Positions 8,910-18,917 of a stretch of DNA of 64,000 nt are shown here, piece by piece. This DNA is from Planctomycetota bacterium (GTDB lineage Bacteria > Planctomycetota > B15-G4), in NCBI GenBank assembly GCA_038212275.1, contig JBBQUR010000001.1:64001-128000 (forward strand), read 5' to 3'. A program made the position numbers and the translations under genes. The notes beneath the pieces were generated by a model. That model made no database searches. It saw only the letters and a list, made by a program, of their open reading frames with translations, and was not told where the DNA came from. Position 1 is the first letter of the stretch. Every line of letters begins with the position of its first letter.

Positions 8910-9781
8910 ACACGCTGCGCGCACGCCTGCTCGTGCTGGCGGCGGTGGTCGCCGTCGCCGTGGCGTCTCTGCTGGATCCGATCGCGCAGGACCCGCGCTA
9001 CCACGCCTTCGCGGATGACCGCGCCGGCGCAGGGCTGCCGAACGTTGCCAACGTGGCAAGCAATCTTCCGTTCGTGCTCGTCGGCGCTCTGGGCCTGTGG
9101 CGCGCGCGCCGCGCCGCGCGCAGTCGCCTGCCGCTGCTGGTGTTCTTCGGGGGCGTGTTCCTCACCGGCTTCGGCTCGGCCTGGTATCACCTCGCGCCGG
9201 ACAATGCGCGCCTGGTCTGGGATCGCCTGCCGCTCGGCGCCTCGTGCATGGCGCTGCTCTGCGTGGTCATCGACCGCCGACTCGGGGTCGTGCCGGCGCG
9301 GCGGCTGCTGGTGCCGTTCGTCCTGTTCGGTCTCGGCAGCGTGGCGTGGTGGGCGTGGGGAGACATGCGCGGTGTCGGCGACCTGCGCGCCTATGGTCTC
9401 GCGCAATTCTTTCCGGTGCTCGGCATCGTGGTGCTGCTGTGGCCGCTCCCGCAGCAGGGCGCACCTGGCGCAGCTGGCGGACCGGCTGCCCGGACTGCCG
9501 GAGTCGCGGGCGATGAAGAGGCAGCCGGTGCAGCGGATGTTTCGGGACGCCCCGACGGGCTGACCGCCATCCTGTGCCGCATGCTCCTCTTCTACGTCGC
9601 GGCCAAACTCGCGGAGCACTGGGATGGCGAGGTGTACGAAGTGGGCCTCGTCGTGAGCGGTCACACGCTGAAGCACCTGTTCGCCGCGGCGGCCGCTGCA
9701 AGCCTGTTGCCGCTGGCGGCGCCGCGAGCCCCGTCGACGGAAGCGCCCGCCGGACTCAGCGCCTCGGCTCGACGTCGGTGA
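8906..9781 (+). CDS. Alkaline ceramidase-like (CREST superfamily) membrane hydrolase
   Basis: ATGA overlap with the upstream gene. Motifs YHAFAD, SNLPF, GSAWYH, WDRLP, GDLRAY and SGHTLKH. Several TM helices. Confidence 0.82.
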   Translation: MNTLRARLLVLAAVVAVAVASLLDPIAQDPRYHAFADDRAGAGLPNVANVASNLPFVLVGALGLWRARRAARSRLPLLVFFGGVFLTGFGSAWYHLAPDNARLVWDRLPLGASCMALLCVVIDRRLGVVPARRLLVPFVLFGLGSVAWWAWGDMRGVGDLRAYGLAQFFPVLGIVVLLWPLPQQGAPGAAGGPAARTAGVAGDEEAAGAADVSGRPDGLTAILCRMLLFYVAAKLAEHWDGEVYEVGLVVSGHTLKHLFAAAAAASLLPLAAPRAPSTEAPAGLSASARRR

Positions 9782-10502
9782 GCCACGCGCGCGCCTGAGC
9801 TGCCATCGCAGCCGTGATCTCGTGCCCACCGTCGTGGAGCTGCAGCGTGACGAGAGCGCCGTGCGCGGCCAGCGCGCGCCGACTGTCCTCCGCGGCGGCG
9901 GGAGGGAGCGCCTTGTCCCCGCTCCCGTGCTGCAGGAGGACGGGCTTGCCGCGCACGCCGGGCAACTGCTCGGTGAGGAACTCGGTCTTGAGCCTGCCGG
10001 CCTGCGCGATCCAGCCGGCGACATGCGACGGCGCGCGCACCGCCGCGCAGTGCGCGAGGTAGGCGCCCTGCGAGAAGCCGCAGAGGTAGACGCGTTGCGG
10101 ATCGGCGTCGAGGCGCTGCAGCGCGGCGTCCACCAGCCGCCACAGCGCGGCCTCGCTCTCCGCCAGGCTCGCGGCGAAGGCGGCCTGGTCGCCGGTGTAC
10201 ATGTACCAGGCGTGACCCAGGCGGATGGGCCGATCGGGCTTGCGCACCTCGTGCACGTGGAAGCCGTCGGGCGCAGCGACGGCAAAGTGGGACGGCACGG
10301 CTCCCGACATCCAGCGCCACTGGCGCAGGCCGCTCTGGCCCTGGCCGTGCAGCAGGACGAGCAGCGGCGGGCGCACGCCGCGCTGCGGCTCCGCGGGCGG
10401 CACGAGCAGGCAACTCGTGCGCGTGCTGAACGGCAACTCCATCGTGAAGCCTGCAGGGGCCGCCGGGCCGTCGTGCGCCGGTGGCGGGGCGTCGGCGTTC
10501 AC
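9756..10502 (-). CDS. Alpha/beta hydrolase (phospholipase/carboxylesterase family)
   Basis: LLHGQG, nucleophile elbow GFSQG, HGSGD and GGHEI. GTG start overlaps the MBL stop; alternative ATG at 10442. Confidence 0.85.
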   Translation of the reverse strand: MNADAPPPAHDGPAAPAGFTMELPFSTRTSCLLVPPAEPQRGVRPPLLVLLHGQGQSGLRQWRWMSGAVPSHFAVAAPDGFHVHEVRKPDRPIRLGHAWYMYTGDQAAFAASLAESEAALWRLVDAALQRLDADPQRVYLCGFSQGAYLAHCAAVRAPSHVAGWIAQAGRLKTEFLTEQLPGVRGKPVLLQHGSGDKALPPAAAEDSRRALAAHGALVTLQLHDGGHEITAAMAAQARAWLTDVEPRR

Positions 10503-11146
10503 GGTCGGAAGTCGGCGGCGAGAAAGGGATTGCTGCGCCGCTCGCGCCCGATGGTCGTGCCGGGTCCGTGGCCGCAGATCACCTCGGCGTCGTCGTCCAG
10601 CGCCAGTAGTTTGCCGTGCAGGCTCGCGAGGATCTGCGCGGTGTCGCCGCCCCAGAGGTCCGTGCGGCCGATGCCGCCGTGGAAGAGCGTGTCGCCCGCG
10701 AAGACGAGCTGCCGGCCATCCACCTCCAGCACGAAGCTGCAGCTTCCGGGCGTATGGCCCGGCGTGTGCAGCACCTCCAGCCGGTGGCTGCCGAACTCCA
10801 GGCGCTGACCCTCCGTGAGCCAGCCGTCCACCGTGACGGCCTGCGGCACGGGCAAGCCGATCATGCGGCATTGCATGGCCAGGTTGTCGCGCAACCACTC
10901 GTCGCCCTTGTGCAGCCACGCCTTGCCGCCGCACTGCCGCTTGAGTTCCGCGCTGCCGCCGATGTGATCGACGTGAGCGTGCGTGTGCACGATGTGCGTG
11001 ACGGTGAGGCCGGCCGAGGCCAGCCCCGCGGCGATCTCCGCGGCGTCGTCGCCGGGATCCACGACGATGGCGGTGCCGGTGGCCTCGTCGCCGAGGATGG
11101 AGCAGTTGCACTGGAGCGGGCCGACAGGGATCGTCTGAAGCAGCAT
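10499..11146 (-). CDS. MBL-fold metallo-hydrolase (glyoxalase II-like)
   Basis: THAHVDHIGG, HTPGHTPGS, GDTLF...GRTD and GHGP. GGAGG RBS. Confidence 0.92.
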   Translation of the reverse strand: MLLQTIPVGPLQCNCSILGDEATGTAIVVDPGDDAAEIAAGLASAGLTVTHIVHTHAHVDHIGGSAELKRQCGGKAWLHKGDEWLRDNLAMQCRMIGLPVPQAVTVDGWLTEGQRLEFGSHRLEVLHTPGHTPGSCSFVLEVDGRQLVFAGDTLFHGGIGRTDLWGGDTAQILASLHGKLLALDDDAEVICGHGPGTTIGRERRSNPFLAADFRP

Positions 11147-11206
11147 GAGCGCATCTTTCCCTCCGGCCGGCACGCTGTCCACACTGCCCGTGACGGGGCG
11201 GGTGCG

Positions 11207-12208
11207 ATGACGCGGCGCGTCGCGATCACCGGGGCCAGCGGCTACCTCGGCCTGGCGCTGGCCCGGCGGCTTGTCGAGCAGGGCGACCGCGTGTCGGGTC
11301 TGGTGCGGCCGACGAGCGCGGAGGCCGCGTGCGCGGAACTCGAGCGCCTCGGCGTCCGGCTCGTGCGCGGCGACGTGACGCAGCCGGACAGCCTGCCGCC
11401 GCTGCTCGACGCCGCGGACCTGGTGGTGCACGGCGCCGCGGTCATCGGCTACCGGCGCCGGCAGTGGGGCGCGATGGCGGCGACGAACGTGCTCGGCACG
11501 AGGCACGTCGTCGAGGCGGCGCTGGCCGTGGGCGTCGGGCGCTTCGTGCACGTGAGCAGCATCGCCGCCATCGGTGTCACCGACAGCCCGCGCCTGCTCG
11601 GCGACGACGCGCCGTACTGCGCGGGCGATCTCGACGCGGCGTACTTCGACACGAAGCACGAGGCCGAGCTCGAGGTGCAGCGCGGATTGCTGGCCGGGCT
11701 CGACGGCGTCATGGTCAACCCGGGTGCGATCTACGGCCCGTCCAGCGTGGCGTCGAACAGCGGTCAGCTCGTCGAGAACATCGCGTCCGGCCGCCTGTCG
11801 ATCGCGCCCGAGGGCGGCATCAACGCCGTGCCGCTGGCCACCGTGGTGGATGGCGTGCTGGCCGCCGCGCTGCGCGGCCGGCGCGGCTGCCGTCACGTGC
11901 TCGGCGGCGAGAACCTGCACCTGCACGAACTCGTTGCGCGCGTGCGCCGGGCCGCCGGACTGCCCGAGCGCGTGCACCGCTTCCCGACCGCGGCGGCGCC
12001 GTGGCTGCGCGCGGCGATGGACCTGGTCGAGCCGTTCGTGCCGGACAGCGTGTGGTTCACCCCGGACCTGTGCGCGGCGTTCGGGCGCTGGATGTGGTTC
12101 GACACGACGCGCATGCGCGCCGAGCTCCGCGTGCAGCCCGCGGACCTCGACGAGTGCCTGCGCGCCACGGTGGCGCGCCTGCGCAGCGACGGCCGGCTCG
12201 CGCGCTAG
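11207..12208 (+). CDS. NAD-dependent epimerase/dehydratase (HpnA/dihydroflavonol reductase-like extended SDR)
   Basis: TGASGYLG, VHVSS, YFDTK (YxxxK) and VNPGAIYG. Confidence 0.88.
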   Translation: MTRRVAITGASGYLGLALARRLVEQGDRVSGLVRPTSAEAACAELERLGVRLVRGDVTQPDSLPPLLDAADLVVHGAAVIGYRRRQWGAMAATNVLGTRHVVEAALAVGVGRFVHVSSIAAIGVTDSPRLLGDDAPYCAGDLDAAYFDTKHEAELEVQRGLLAGLDGVMVNPGAIYGPSSVASNSGQLVENIASGRLSIAPEGGINAVPLATVVDGVLAAALRGRRGCRHVLGGENLHLHELVARVRRAAGLPERVHRFPTAAAPWLRAAMDLVEPFVPDSVWFTPDLCAAFGRWMWFDTTRMRAELRVQPADLDECLRATVARLRSDGRLAR

Positions 12209-12270
12209 CGCATCGCGCCGCCCGGGACGGTTCGCGTCGCGTCGCTGAGCCCGGGATGGATCGCGTCGCG

Positions 12271-14205
12271 CTACTCGAGGCTGATCGCGTTGCGCTGCAC
12301 GCTGACGCCTTCGCCGACGCGGAAGGTCTCGGGCGGATGGCGCACGGAGGCGATCATCGCCTCGAACGACAGCTGCTTGCCGTAGCACACGAGCTGGTAG
12401 TCGCCCTCCCTGACACGCGTGAACACGAACTGCCCGTGTCCGTCGCTGGCGGTCTGCCGCGAGAAGCCGTTCACCTCGGTGAGACTGACCGTGACGCCGG
12501 TCAGCGTGTCGCCGGAGGCAGACATCGCGTAACCCCTGACCGTGCCGGCGCGCTGCAGCACGAAGGTTTCGATGCCCAGCTCCGTCTCGGCAGCCAGCAC
12601 CACGTCGTTGCGCCGCACGATGGCGTAGTCGGGGTGATCGACCTGCACCTGGTATTTGCTGGCCGAGAGGTCCTCCAGCGTGAAGCGTCCCTCGGCGTCG
12701 GTGCGCACGCCTTGCGGAGGGACGCCGGGGATCGGCTGCGTGTCGCGCAGGAAGTCCAGCTCGGGCTCGAAGTTGGCGTGCAGCGTCACGGTGGCGTTGG
12801 CCACGGGTCCGTCGACATCGCGCACGACGCCCGTCAGCGTGGAGCCTCGCAGCAGCGTGACAGTCATGCCGCCGACCTGCTCGCCCTGCTTGACCTTCAT
12901 CGGCACGCTCGAGGTGAGCGAGTAGCCCTTGGCCCACACGTCCACGGACCAGAATCCGGGGTCGATGTCGTTCACGACGAAACTGCCGTCGGCACTCGTG
13001 ACGCGCTGGAAGGCGCCGCTGGGCAAGGCGGAATCCAGCCTCCGCTTGCGGCACTGCGCCTGCAGATCGAAAGCCCGGATGGGACGGCCATCCGAGCCGA
13101 CCACAACGCCCGCGAGACTTCCCTGGCGCTCCAGGCGGATCGTCAGCTCGGCCTGCGGCTTGTCGGCGAAGCTGCGATCGCGACCTGCCGTGTAGCCCTT
13201 GAGCGTGACGAAGATCGAGTAATTGCCGGGCAAGAGATCCTCGAGAAGGAAGCGGCCGTCGGCCCGCGTGAGAGTCTCCGAGTAGCCGGAGCCCTGGTCC
13301 ATCGGCTGCGCGAACACGTGCGCTCCCGCCAGCGGGTGGTCGTCGTCGTGATCGAGGACGCGGCCGCTCAGCGTGCCCGCCGGCACCAGCTTCACGGGCA
13401 CGTCGATCTCGCCGATGCGCTCGCCGGGATCGAGGCTGCCCGGAGTCATCGCGTTCGCATAACCCTTGGCGGACACCATGAGCGAGAACGATTCGACGGC
13501 CGCATGAGCGATCCGGAAGCGGCCCGACGCGTCGCTCAGCACCAGGCGAACCGGTGCGGGAATCAGCATCTCCGTGGATTCGCCGGCCTCACGGCTCATG
13601 GGGCCCTGGAGCAAGCCGACGCGGGCGCCCGTCACGGGCACGCCCTGCTCGTTGAACACCGTGCCCGTGATGGTGAGCCCGTCCGGAATGACCAGGTCGC
13701 CGAGATGCGTGGGGCGGCCCGACTCGACGGTGAACGGTCCCAGCTCGGCGGCCGAGAACTCCTCGCCGTCCACGCGCAGCATGAGGTCGGTCATGGCCGG
13801 CACGCCGGAGAGCGTGAACGCACCCGTGTCGTCCGAGACGGCGCGCAGTCCCAGCGGCTGCAGCTCGGACATGCCGGGGATGCCCGCGTTGTTGCCCTGC
13901 AGCGCCTCGATGCGCCCGGCGCGCAGCGGCCGGTGCTCCGCGGTGACGATGCGTGCGTCGACGCTGGCCGCGACCGGGCCCGGGGTCGGCGGCGGGGGCG
14001 CCGGCCGCCGGTCGGCCGGCGGCACACTGATCACCGGCTTGCCGGACGGTGGTCGCGCGTCCGAGCCGCGGCTCACGACGCTGGCAGGGTCGGGCGGTGC
14101 CGCCGGCGACTCGTCCGCGCGCAACACGAGCATCACCAGCACGACGCCGAGGGCCAGCGCGGCGCCGACGGCCAGCGATCTGAAGAGCTTGCGCGAGTCG
14201 GCCAT
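12271..14205 (-). CDS. Membrane-anchored protein with about five carboxypeptidase-regulatory-like (transthyretin-like beta-sandwich) repeats
   Basis: N-terminal TM helix, Pro-rich linker, and repeated 'G.V.D..G.PV.GA.V ... TDA.G.F....L..G.Y' units. Confidence 0.8.
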   Translation of the reverse strand: MADSRKLFRSLAVGAALALGVVLVMLVLRADESPAAPPDPASVVSRGSDARPPSGKPVISVPPADRRPAPPPPTPGPVAASVDARIVTAEHRPLRAGRIEALQGNNAGIPGMSELQPLGLRAVSDDTGAFTLSGVPAMTDLMLRVDGEEFSAAELGPFTVESGRPTHLGDLVIPDGLTITGTVFNEQGVPVTGARVGLLQGPMSREAGESTEMLIPAPVRLVLSDASGRFRIAHAAVESFSLMVSAKGYANAMTPGSLDPGERIGEIDVPVKLVPAGTLSGRVLDHDDDHPLAGAHVFAQPMDQGSGYSETLTRADGRFLLEDLLPGNYSIFVTLKGYTAGRDRSFADKPQAELTIRLERQGSLAGVVVGSDGRPIRAFDLQAQCRKRRLDSALPSGAFQRVTSADGSFVVNDIDPGFWSVDVWAKGYSLTSSVPMKVKQGEQVGGMTVTLLRGSTLTGVVRDVDGPVANATVTLHANFEPELDFLRDTQPIPGVPPQGVRTDAEGRFTLEDLSASKYQVQVDHPDYAIVRRNDVVLAAETELGIETFVLQRAGTVRGYAMSASGDTLTGVTVSLTEVNGFSRQTASDGHGQFVFTRVREGDYQLVCYGKQLSFEAMIASVRHPPETFRVGEGVSVQRNAISLE

Positions 14206-14257
14206 GGGTGCGTGCGGCTTGAACGCCAGAGGGGCGAAGGTGTGGGGAAGGATTTTC

Positions 14258-14287
14258 TTGGACTGGGATGCTGCTGCCTAACATAAT
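14258..14287 (+). promoter_or_regulatory. Sigma70-type promoter for tRNA-Glu
   Basis: TTGGAC-N18-CATAAT, 34 bp upstream of the tRNA. Confidence 0.6.
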
Positions 14288-14321
14288 CCCCGCCCTCTCT
14301 GACCGGACGTGCCGGACACGT

Positions 14322-14399
14322 GGTCCCATCGTCTAGCCAGGTCCAGGACAGCTGCCTCTCACGCAGCAGACACGGGTTCGAATCCCGTTGGGACTACCA
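14322..14399 (+). tRNA. tRNA-Glu (anticodon CTC)
   Basis: Acceptor stem GGTCCCA/TGGGACT, anticodon arm GCTGC-CTCTCAC-GCAGC, T-loop GTTCGAATC and encoded CCA. Confidence 0.97.
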
Positions 14400-14568
14400 C
14401 GAGGATGCCGGCAAGCGTCGGATCCGGTCAGCGAACGCGATGCCGATTCCGGCACGTTCAGATCTGCGGCGCAAGGCGCGTGCGGTGCGCCGGGGGCGGC
14501 TCACGCGCCGCGGGCGCCCCCCGGCCCGTCGAGCACGAGGGCGCGGCCCGGGGGCAGCGATCACCGCC

Positions 14569-15102
14569 ATGACTGCCTTGCAACCCCTTGCCAACGGGCG
14601 GCCCCGCAACGTCGTCCTCATCGGCATGCGGGCCAGCGGCAAGACCACCTTGGGACGAGAGCTTGCTGCGCGCCTGCAGCTGCCGTTCCTCGACCTCGAC
14701 GAGGAGCTCGGGCGCGTGTCCGGTTGCCCGGCCGAGGTCGTGCTTTCCCGGCAGGGTGAGGCCGCCTTCCGGGGTGTGGAGGCACGCGTGCTCGTCGCGG
14801 CCTCGGCGCTGGCCGGGCATGTCGTCGCCACGGGCGGCGGGGCGGTTCTTCACGGGCCCTGCTTCGCGGCGCTGGCTGCCACCGGCACGGTGGTGTGGCT
14901 GGATGCCGCGCCGCAGACGCTGGCCGCGCGCGCCACGGCGGCGCACCGCACGCCGCTCAGCGGCCTGCCCCCGGACGAAGAAGTGGCCGAACTGCTGCGG
15001 CAGCGCGAAGCGCTCTACCGGCAGGCCGCGCACTTCGTGGTTCGGACGGATGTCGGCAATCCTATACTCGCGCTGCTCGACGTCCTGAGGAACCCGGACT
15101 GA
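14569..15102 (+). CDS. aroK: Shikimate kinase
   Basis: LIGMRASGKTT, DLDEE, GEAAFR, VATGGG and R..LY. Confidence 0.9.
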   Translation: MTALQPLANGRPRNVVLIGMRASGKTTLGRELAARLQLPFLDLDEELGRVSGCPAEVVLSRQGEAAFRGVEARVLVAASALAGHVVATGGGAVLHGPCFAALAATGTVVWLDAAPQTLAARATAAHRTPLSGLPPDEEVAELLRQREALYRQAAHFVVRTDVGNPILALLDVLRNPD

Positions 15103-15107
15103 TCCCG

Positions 15108-17735
15108 ATGCAACGTCCCGCCAGCCGACTCGCCGCCGTGTTGCTGCTGATCGGCGCCACCTCGGTTTCGGCGTCGGCGCGCATGGCGCCGCAGCAGGCC
15201 GGCAACGTGCCGCCGACGGTGCCCACGGGAGGCTCTCCGCAGACCCAGCCTGCCGGCGCGGTGGCCGACACCGTCCCGGACGAACTGCGCCAGGCTCGCG
15301 ACCTCGTCGAGCGCGGCGGCGACGATCACGCGCGCCTCGTGCTGGCCGCGAAGACGCTGATCGATGCCGGCGATCTCTCCACCCTGCGCCTTGTGCTCAC
15401 CGGCCGCGCGCTCAAGCCGCTGTCGGGCCTGCTGCGCGCGCTCGAGAAGCTGGATGGCGCGAGCATCGAGCCGCTGCTGCCGGAGATCCTCAGTGCCGCG
15501 GGCAGCCAGTCCGTTGCCGCGGTGCGCGAGCTGGCGCAGACGGACCTGCGCTACCTCGCGGCGAGCCGCGCGAGCGCGGTCGAGACCTGCATCGGCTGGC
15601 TCGCGGACCCGGCGCTCGCCGCCGCCAGCCGCAGCGCGCTGGTCGATGCCCTCGGCGAGTCGCGCAATCTCGTGGCCGTCGAGCCGCTCATCCGTGCGCT
15701 CGAAGGGCCGCAGGCTGCCGAAGCGCGCGTCGCCCTGAAGCAGCTCACGGGGCACGACCCCGGACCCCACGCAGGCGTGCCCGAGTGGACCGCCTTCTGG
15801 GATGAGTCGCGCCATTTCAAGCGGGACGTGCTGCTCGAGCAGGCGCTGCAGGCGCAGGAACTCGTGCATGAGCAACTGCTGGAGTCGATGGCGGCCGAGG
15901 TCGTGCGCTCGCGCATCGATCGCATGGACAACGACATCGAGAAGCTCATCACGGGGCTGGCGGACGACTATCCCGACGTGCGGCTGGCTGCTGCCGTCCG
16001 GCTCGCAGCGCACGAGAACAAGACGGGCGCCGCGGCTGCGGTGCCGGTGCTGCTGCGCCGACTCGGCCACGCGGTCCTCGGCAACGGGGGCAATGCGGCG
16101 CTGGAAGGCCTTGCCATTCCGGCGCTGGAGTCCGTGCCGTTGCTCGTGCCGCTTGCCGCGCCGCCGGCGGCCGCGACGGATGTCGTGCTGACGCTGGAGA
16201 CGGACCCGGGAGTGCGCGCGCAGTTCGTCACCAGCGTCGGCCAGGTCGGGCGCGGCCGCGACGACGTGCGCACGGCGCTGCTGGCCGAGCTGCAGACCTC
16301 GCCGTATGGCGTGGTCACGGCGGCGGCCGCGGCGGCGTTGTGCACCCTGCGCGACCAGCCCTCCGTGGTGGCGCCGCTGCTCGACTACCTCGAGCGCATG
16401 CCGGGCGAAGAAAACTCCGTCACGATTCTGCAGGCCATCGCGCTGAACAAGCCGATCGGCGTGATTCCGCGCCTGGCGGCGCTGGCGGTTCCCGAACAGC
16501 TTCCCCGCGTGCGCGCTGCGGCCGTGCGCGCGCTCATGGCCTCGGAGAACACGCAGCTTGCGCTCGATCGGCTGCAGCAGATCTTCCTGATCGACACGAA
16601 CACCGACGTCCACTTCGCGATGGCGGTCGCGCTCGGCGACCGGGTGCGCACGCTCACGGCCGATGCCGTGGAACGCACGCGCGTGGTCGCGCTGCTCGGC
16701 GCGCTGCTGGACGACGTGGCGCCGAGCGTGCGCGCCGAGGCGGCCTCCGCCCTCGGTCGGACCGGGGCGAACGCGGCCGTTGCGCTCCTGGAGAAGCGCT
16801 CTGCCGCGGAGACGGAAGCGAGCGTCGTCGTCGCCATCGTGCAGGCGCTCGGATCGCTGAAGCTGCAGGAAGCCGTGCCCGTCATCGGGCGCATCGTGGC
16901 GCAGCGTCGCAGCGTGCCGCTGCCCGGACTGGAGACCGCGGCGCAATCCGCGCTGTCCGTGCTGGGCGAGCAGCGGCCGCCGGTGCAATGGCTCGAGCTG
17001 GCCGAGTCGCTCGCGGGCAACGAGGCGCACTCGCTGGCAGCGTGGTGCTACGCGGAGGTCATCCGACGCTTCGAGTCGCGCGCCGAAGCGCGGGATGCGC
17101 TGGCGCTGGCGCGCGCCGGCCGGGCCCGTGAACTCGTCGCGGCAGCCCAGCCCGAGGAGGCGCTGCGGCTGCTGGAGCAGCTGGCCGCCGACAATGCGCT
17201 CTATCCCTCCGTCGTGGAGCGGCTCGCCCTGCAGGCGCGCGCGTGCGAGGCACTGAGCAACTTCGGGAAGGCCGCGGACTTCTGGAGCGCGCGCCTCGAA
17301 CTGCTGCCCGAAGGCGAGAGCAGTCGCCTGGCGACGCAGCGCTCGTGGGCCGATGCACTGCGCAAGGCGGGGCGCAACACCGAGGCGCTCAAGCAGCTCC
17401 GCGAACTCGTCGCCGTGGATGGCGCCAACAACACGCTGCTGTTCGACCTCGCGCAGGTCGAGGAGCAACTCGGGCAGTACGCGGAGGCGCAGACCGATCT
17501 CGACCGCCTGCTCGGCCGGTTGGCGGAGCAGGATGCGGGGCTGCGCGTGCAGGTGCAGGCTTCGCTCGATCGCGTGCGGGCCGTGCTCGCAGGCAACCTG
17601 CCGGCACCTGCTGCTGCTCCTGCGAAGCCCGCCGAGACACCGGCGAAGCCCGCCGAGACACCGGCGAAGCCCGCCGACTCCGTGCCCGAGAAGGAGTCGG
17701 TCGGCCCTTCCGGTCAGACCACGCCCGGTCGCTGA
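15108..17735 (+). CDS. Secreted HEAT-repeat and TPR-repeat protein
   Basis: Signal peptide, HEAT units (VRLAAA, VRAAAVRAL, VRAEAASALG), C-terminal TPR-like helices and a Pro/Ala-rich tail. Confidence 0.8.
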   Translation: MQRPASRLAAVLLLIGATSVSASARMAPQQAGNVPPTVPTGGSPQTQPAGAVADTVPDELRQARDLVERGGDDHARLVLAAKTLIDAGDLSTLRLVLTGRALKPLSGLLRALEKLDGASIEPLLPEILSAAGSQSVAAVRELAQTDLRYLAASRASAVETCIGWLADPALAAASRSALVDALGESRNLVAVEPLIRALEGPQAAEARVALKQLTGHDPGPHAGVPEWTAFWDESRHFKRDVLLEQALQAQELVHEQLLESMAAEVVRSRIDRMDNDIEKLITGLADDYPDVRLAAAVRLAAHENKTGAAAAVPVLLRRLGHAVLGNGGNAALEGLAIPALESVPLLVPLAAPPAAATDVVLTLETDPGVRAQFVTSVGQVGRGRDDVRTALLAELQTSPYGVVTAAAAAALCTLRDQPSVVAPLLDYLERMPGEENSVTILQAIALNKPIGVIPRLAALAVPEQLPRVRAAAVRALMASENTQLALDRLQQIFLIDTNTDVHFAMAVALGDRVRTLTADAVERTRVVALLGALLDDVAPSVRAEAASALGRTGANAAVALLEKRSAAETEASVVVAIVQALGSLKLQEAVPVIGRIVAQRRSVPLPGLETAAQSALSVLGEQRPPVQWLELAESLAGNEAHSLAAWCYAEVIRRFESRAEARDALALARAGRARELVAAAQPEEALRLLEQLAADNALYPSVVERLALQARACEALSNFGKAADFWSARLELLPEGESSRLATQRSWADALRKAGRNTEALKQLRELVAVDGANNTLLFDLAQVEEQLGQYAEAQTDLDRLLGRLAEQDAGLRVQVQASLDRVRAVLAGNLPAPAAAPAKPAETPAKPAETPAKPADSVPEKESVGPSGQTTPGR
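17622..17677 (+). repeat. 21-bp tandem repeat (about 2.7 copies) encoding AKPAETP
   Basis: GCGAAGCCCGCCGAGACACCG repeated in the C-terminal tail. Confidence 0.9.
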
Positions 17736-17738
17736 GCC

Positions 17739-18041
17739 GTGGCCCGCGAAGCGGCGCTGCACCTGCTGGGGCACGCGGCCTGCGCCGTCGGCCTCGTGGC
17801 GCTCGCCCTGCTGGCGTTCTGCCTCGTGTCGCCGCCGGGAGATCCGAGGCACGCGCAACATCTGCTGGTGGCCGCGGCGTGCAGCCTGTCGCTGGGCTGG
17901 GGTCTGCGTCTTTCCTGCGACATGGCGCCCGACACGGTGGACGCGCGCGCTCGTCTCGCCGTGCTGGCTGGCGGTGCCGTCCTCGTCGCGCTCTGTGCTT
18001 CGCTGCCGTGGTGGCTCGCGCACGCCGGCGGGGCTCGCTGA
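17739..18041 (+). CDS. Small hydrophobic membrane protein (about 3 TM)
   Basis: GTG start 3 bp after the upstream stop. Three hydrophobic stretches. Confidence 0.55.
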   Translation: MAREAALHLLGHAACAVGLVALALLAFCLVSPPGDPRHAQHLLVAAACSLSLGWGLRLSCDMAPDTVDARARLAVLAGGAVLVALCASLPWWLAHAGGAR

Positions 18042-18118
18042 GTCGCGCCGCCGCTTCATGACCGACATGCCTCGCAGCGAGCTGCTGCGATCGTCGTTGT
18101 CGCGCCACGGGAGTGCCG

Positions 18119-18147
18119 TTGACGTCAGCCGGGGCGTGTCCTAGGTT
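18119..18147 (+). promoter_or_regulatory. Sigma70-type promoter for the nfeD-flotillin pair
   Basis: TTGACG-N17-TAGGTT. Confidence 0.6.
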
Positions 18148-18203
18148 CACGAGGTCTCGGGATGTTCGGCGTGCCACCGGCCGGATGCCCCCACGAGGTC
18201 GCC

Positions 18204-18824
18204 ATGTGGGACTGGGAACTGCTCAACAAGTCCGCCGACACCACCATCTACTTCGGGATGGCTGTCGGGGCCACGCTGCTTTTCCTGCTGCGCCTCGCGC
18301 TGTCGATGATCGGCGGCGACGCCGGCGGTGATCACGGCGGCGACTTCAGCATGGACGTGCACGGCGACGCGATGGGCGGCGACCATCCGGGCGACGCGCA
18401 TCACGACAGCACGGGCGCCTTCAGGCTGCTGTCCACCCTGTCCGTGCTGGCCTTCATCATGGGCGCGGGCTGGATGGGGCTGGCCTGCCGCCTCGACTGG
18501 CAGCTTGGCAGGGGCGCGTCGCTCGCGGCCGCCTTCGCCTTCGGCTTCGTCTGCATGCTGCTCTCCTCGCTGCTGATGCGCAGCATGCGCAGCCTCAACA
18601 GTGAGCCGCACATCGACATGCGGCTGTGCATCGGTTCGGCCGCGCAGGTCTACCTGCCGATTCCACCGCGCGGCGCCGGCAGGGGCCAGGTGCGCGTGAA
18701 CGTGGACGGCCGCAGCCGCATCGTCGCAGCGGGCAGCATCGGTCCGGCGATTCCGGCATTTCGCTCCGTGAAGGTGCTCTCCGTCGAGTCGGATGACTCG
18801 ATCGTCGTCGAGCCTCAGACGTAG
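18204..18824 (+). CDS. NfeD-like membrane protein (TM helices plus C-terminal OB fold)
   Basis: Hydrophobic helices, His/Asp-rich loop and AQVYLPIP...GQVRV. Lies immediately upstream of flotillin. Confidence 0.8.
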   Translation: MWDWELLNKSADTTIYFGMAVGATLLFLLRLALSMIGGDAGGDHGGDFSMDVHGDAMGGDHPGDAHHDSTGAFRLLSTLSVLAFIMGAGWMGLACRLDWQLGRGASLAAAFAFGFVCMLLSSLLMRSMRSLNSEPHIDMRLCIGSAAQVYLPIPPRGAGRGQVRVNVDGRSRIVAAGSIGPAIPAFRSVKVLSVESDDSIVVEPQT

Positions 18825-18917
18825 CCACACCTGCGGCGGTCGGCCCAGGGGCCGGCTTCCGCCGCACGATCACACGGTGCGATGCATCGCACCGACTCAG
18901 GAAAGGGAACCCCCGAC

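Noticed and set aside
14322..14560. tRNA-Glu as an integration site for a genomic island
   Set aside because: No integrase nearby, no duplicated tRNA 3' end seen in the window, and aroK follows directly.
17622..17677. 21-bp repeats as a possible CRISPR array
   Set aside because: There are no spacers, the repeats are in-frame coding, and no cas genes are present.
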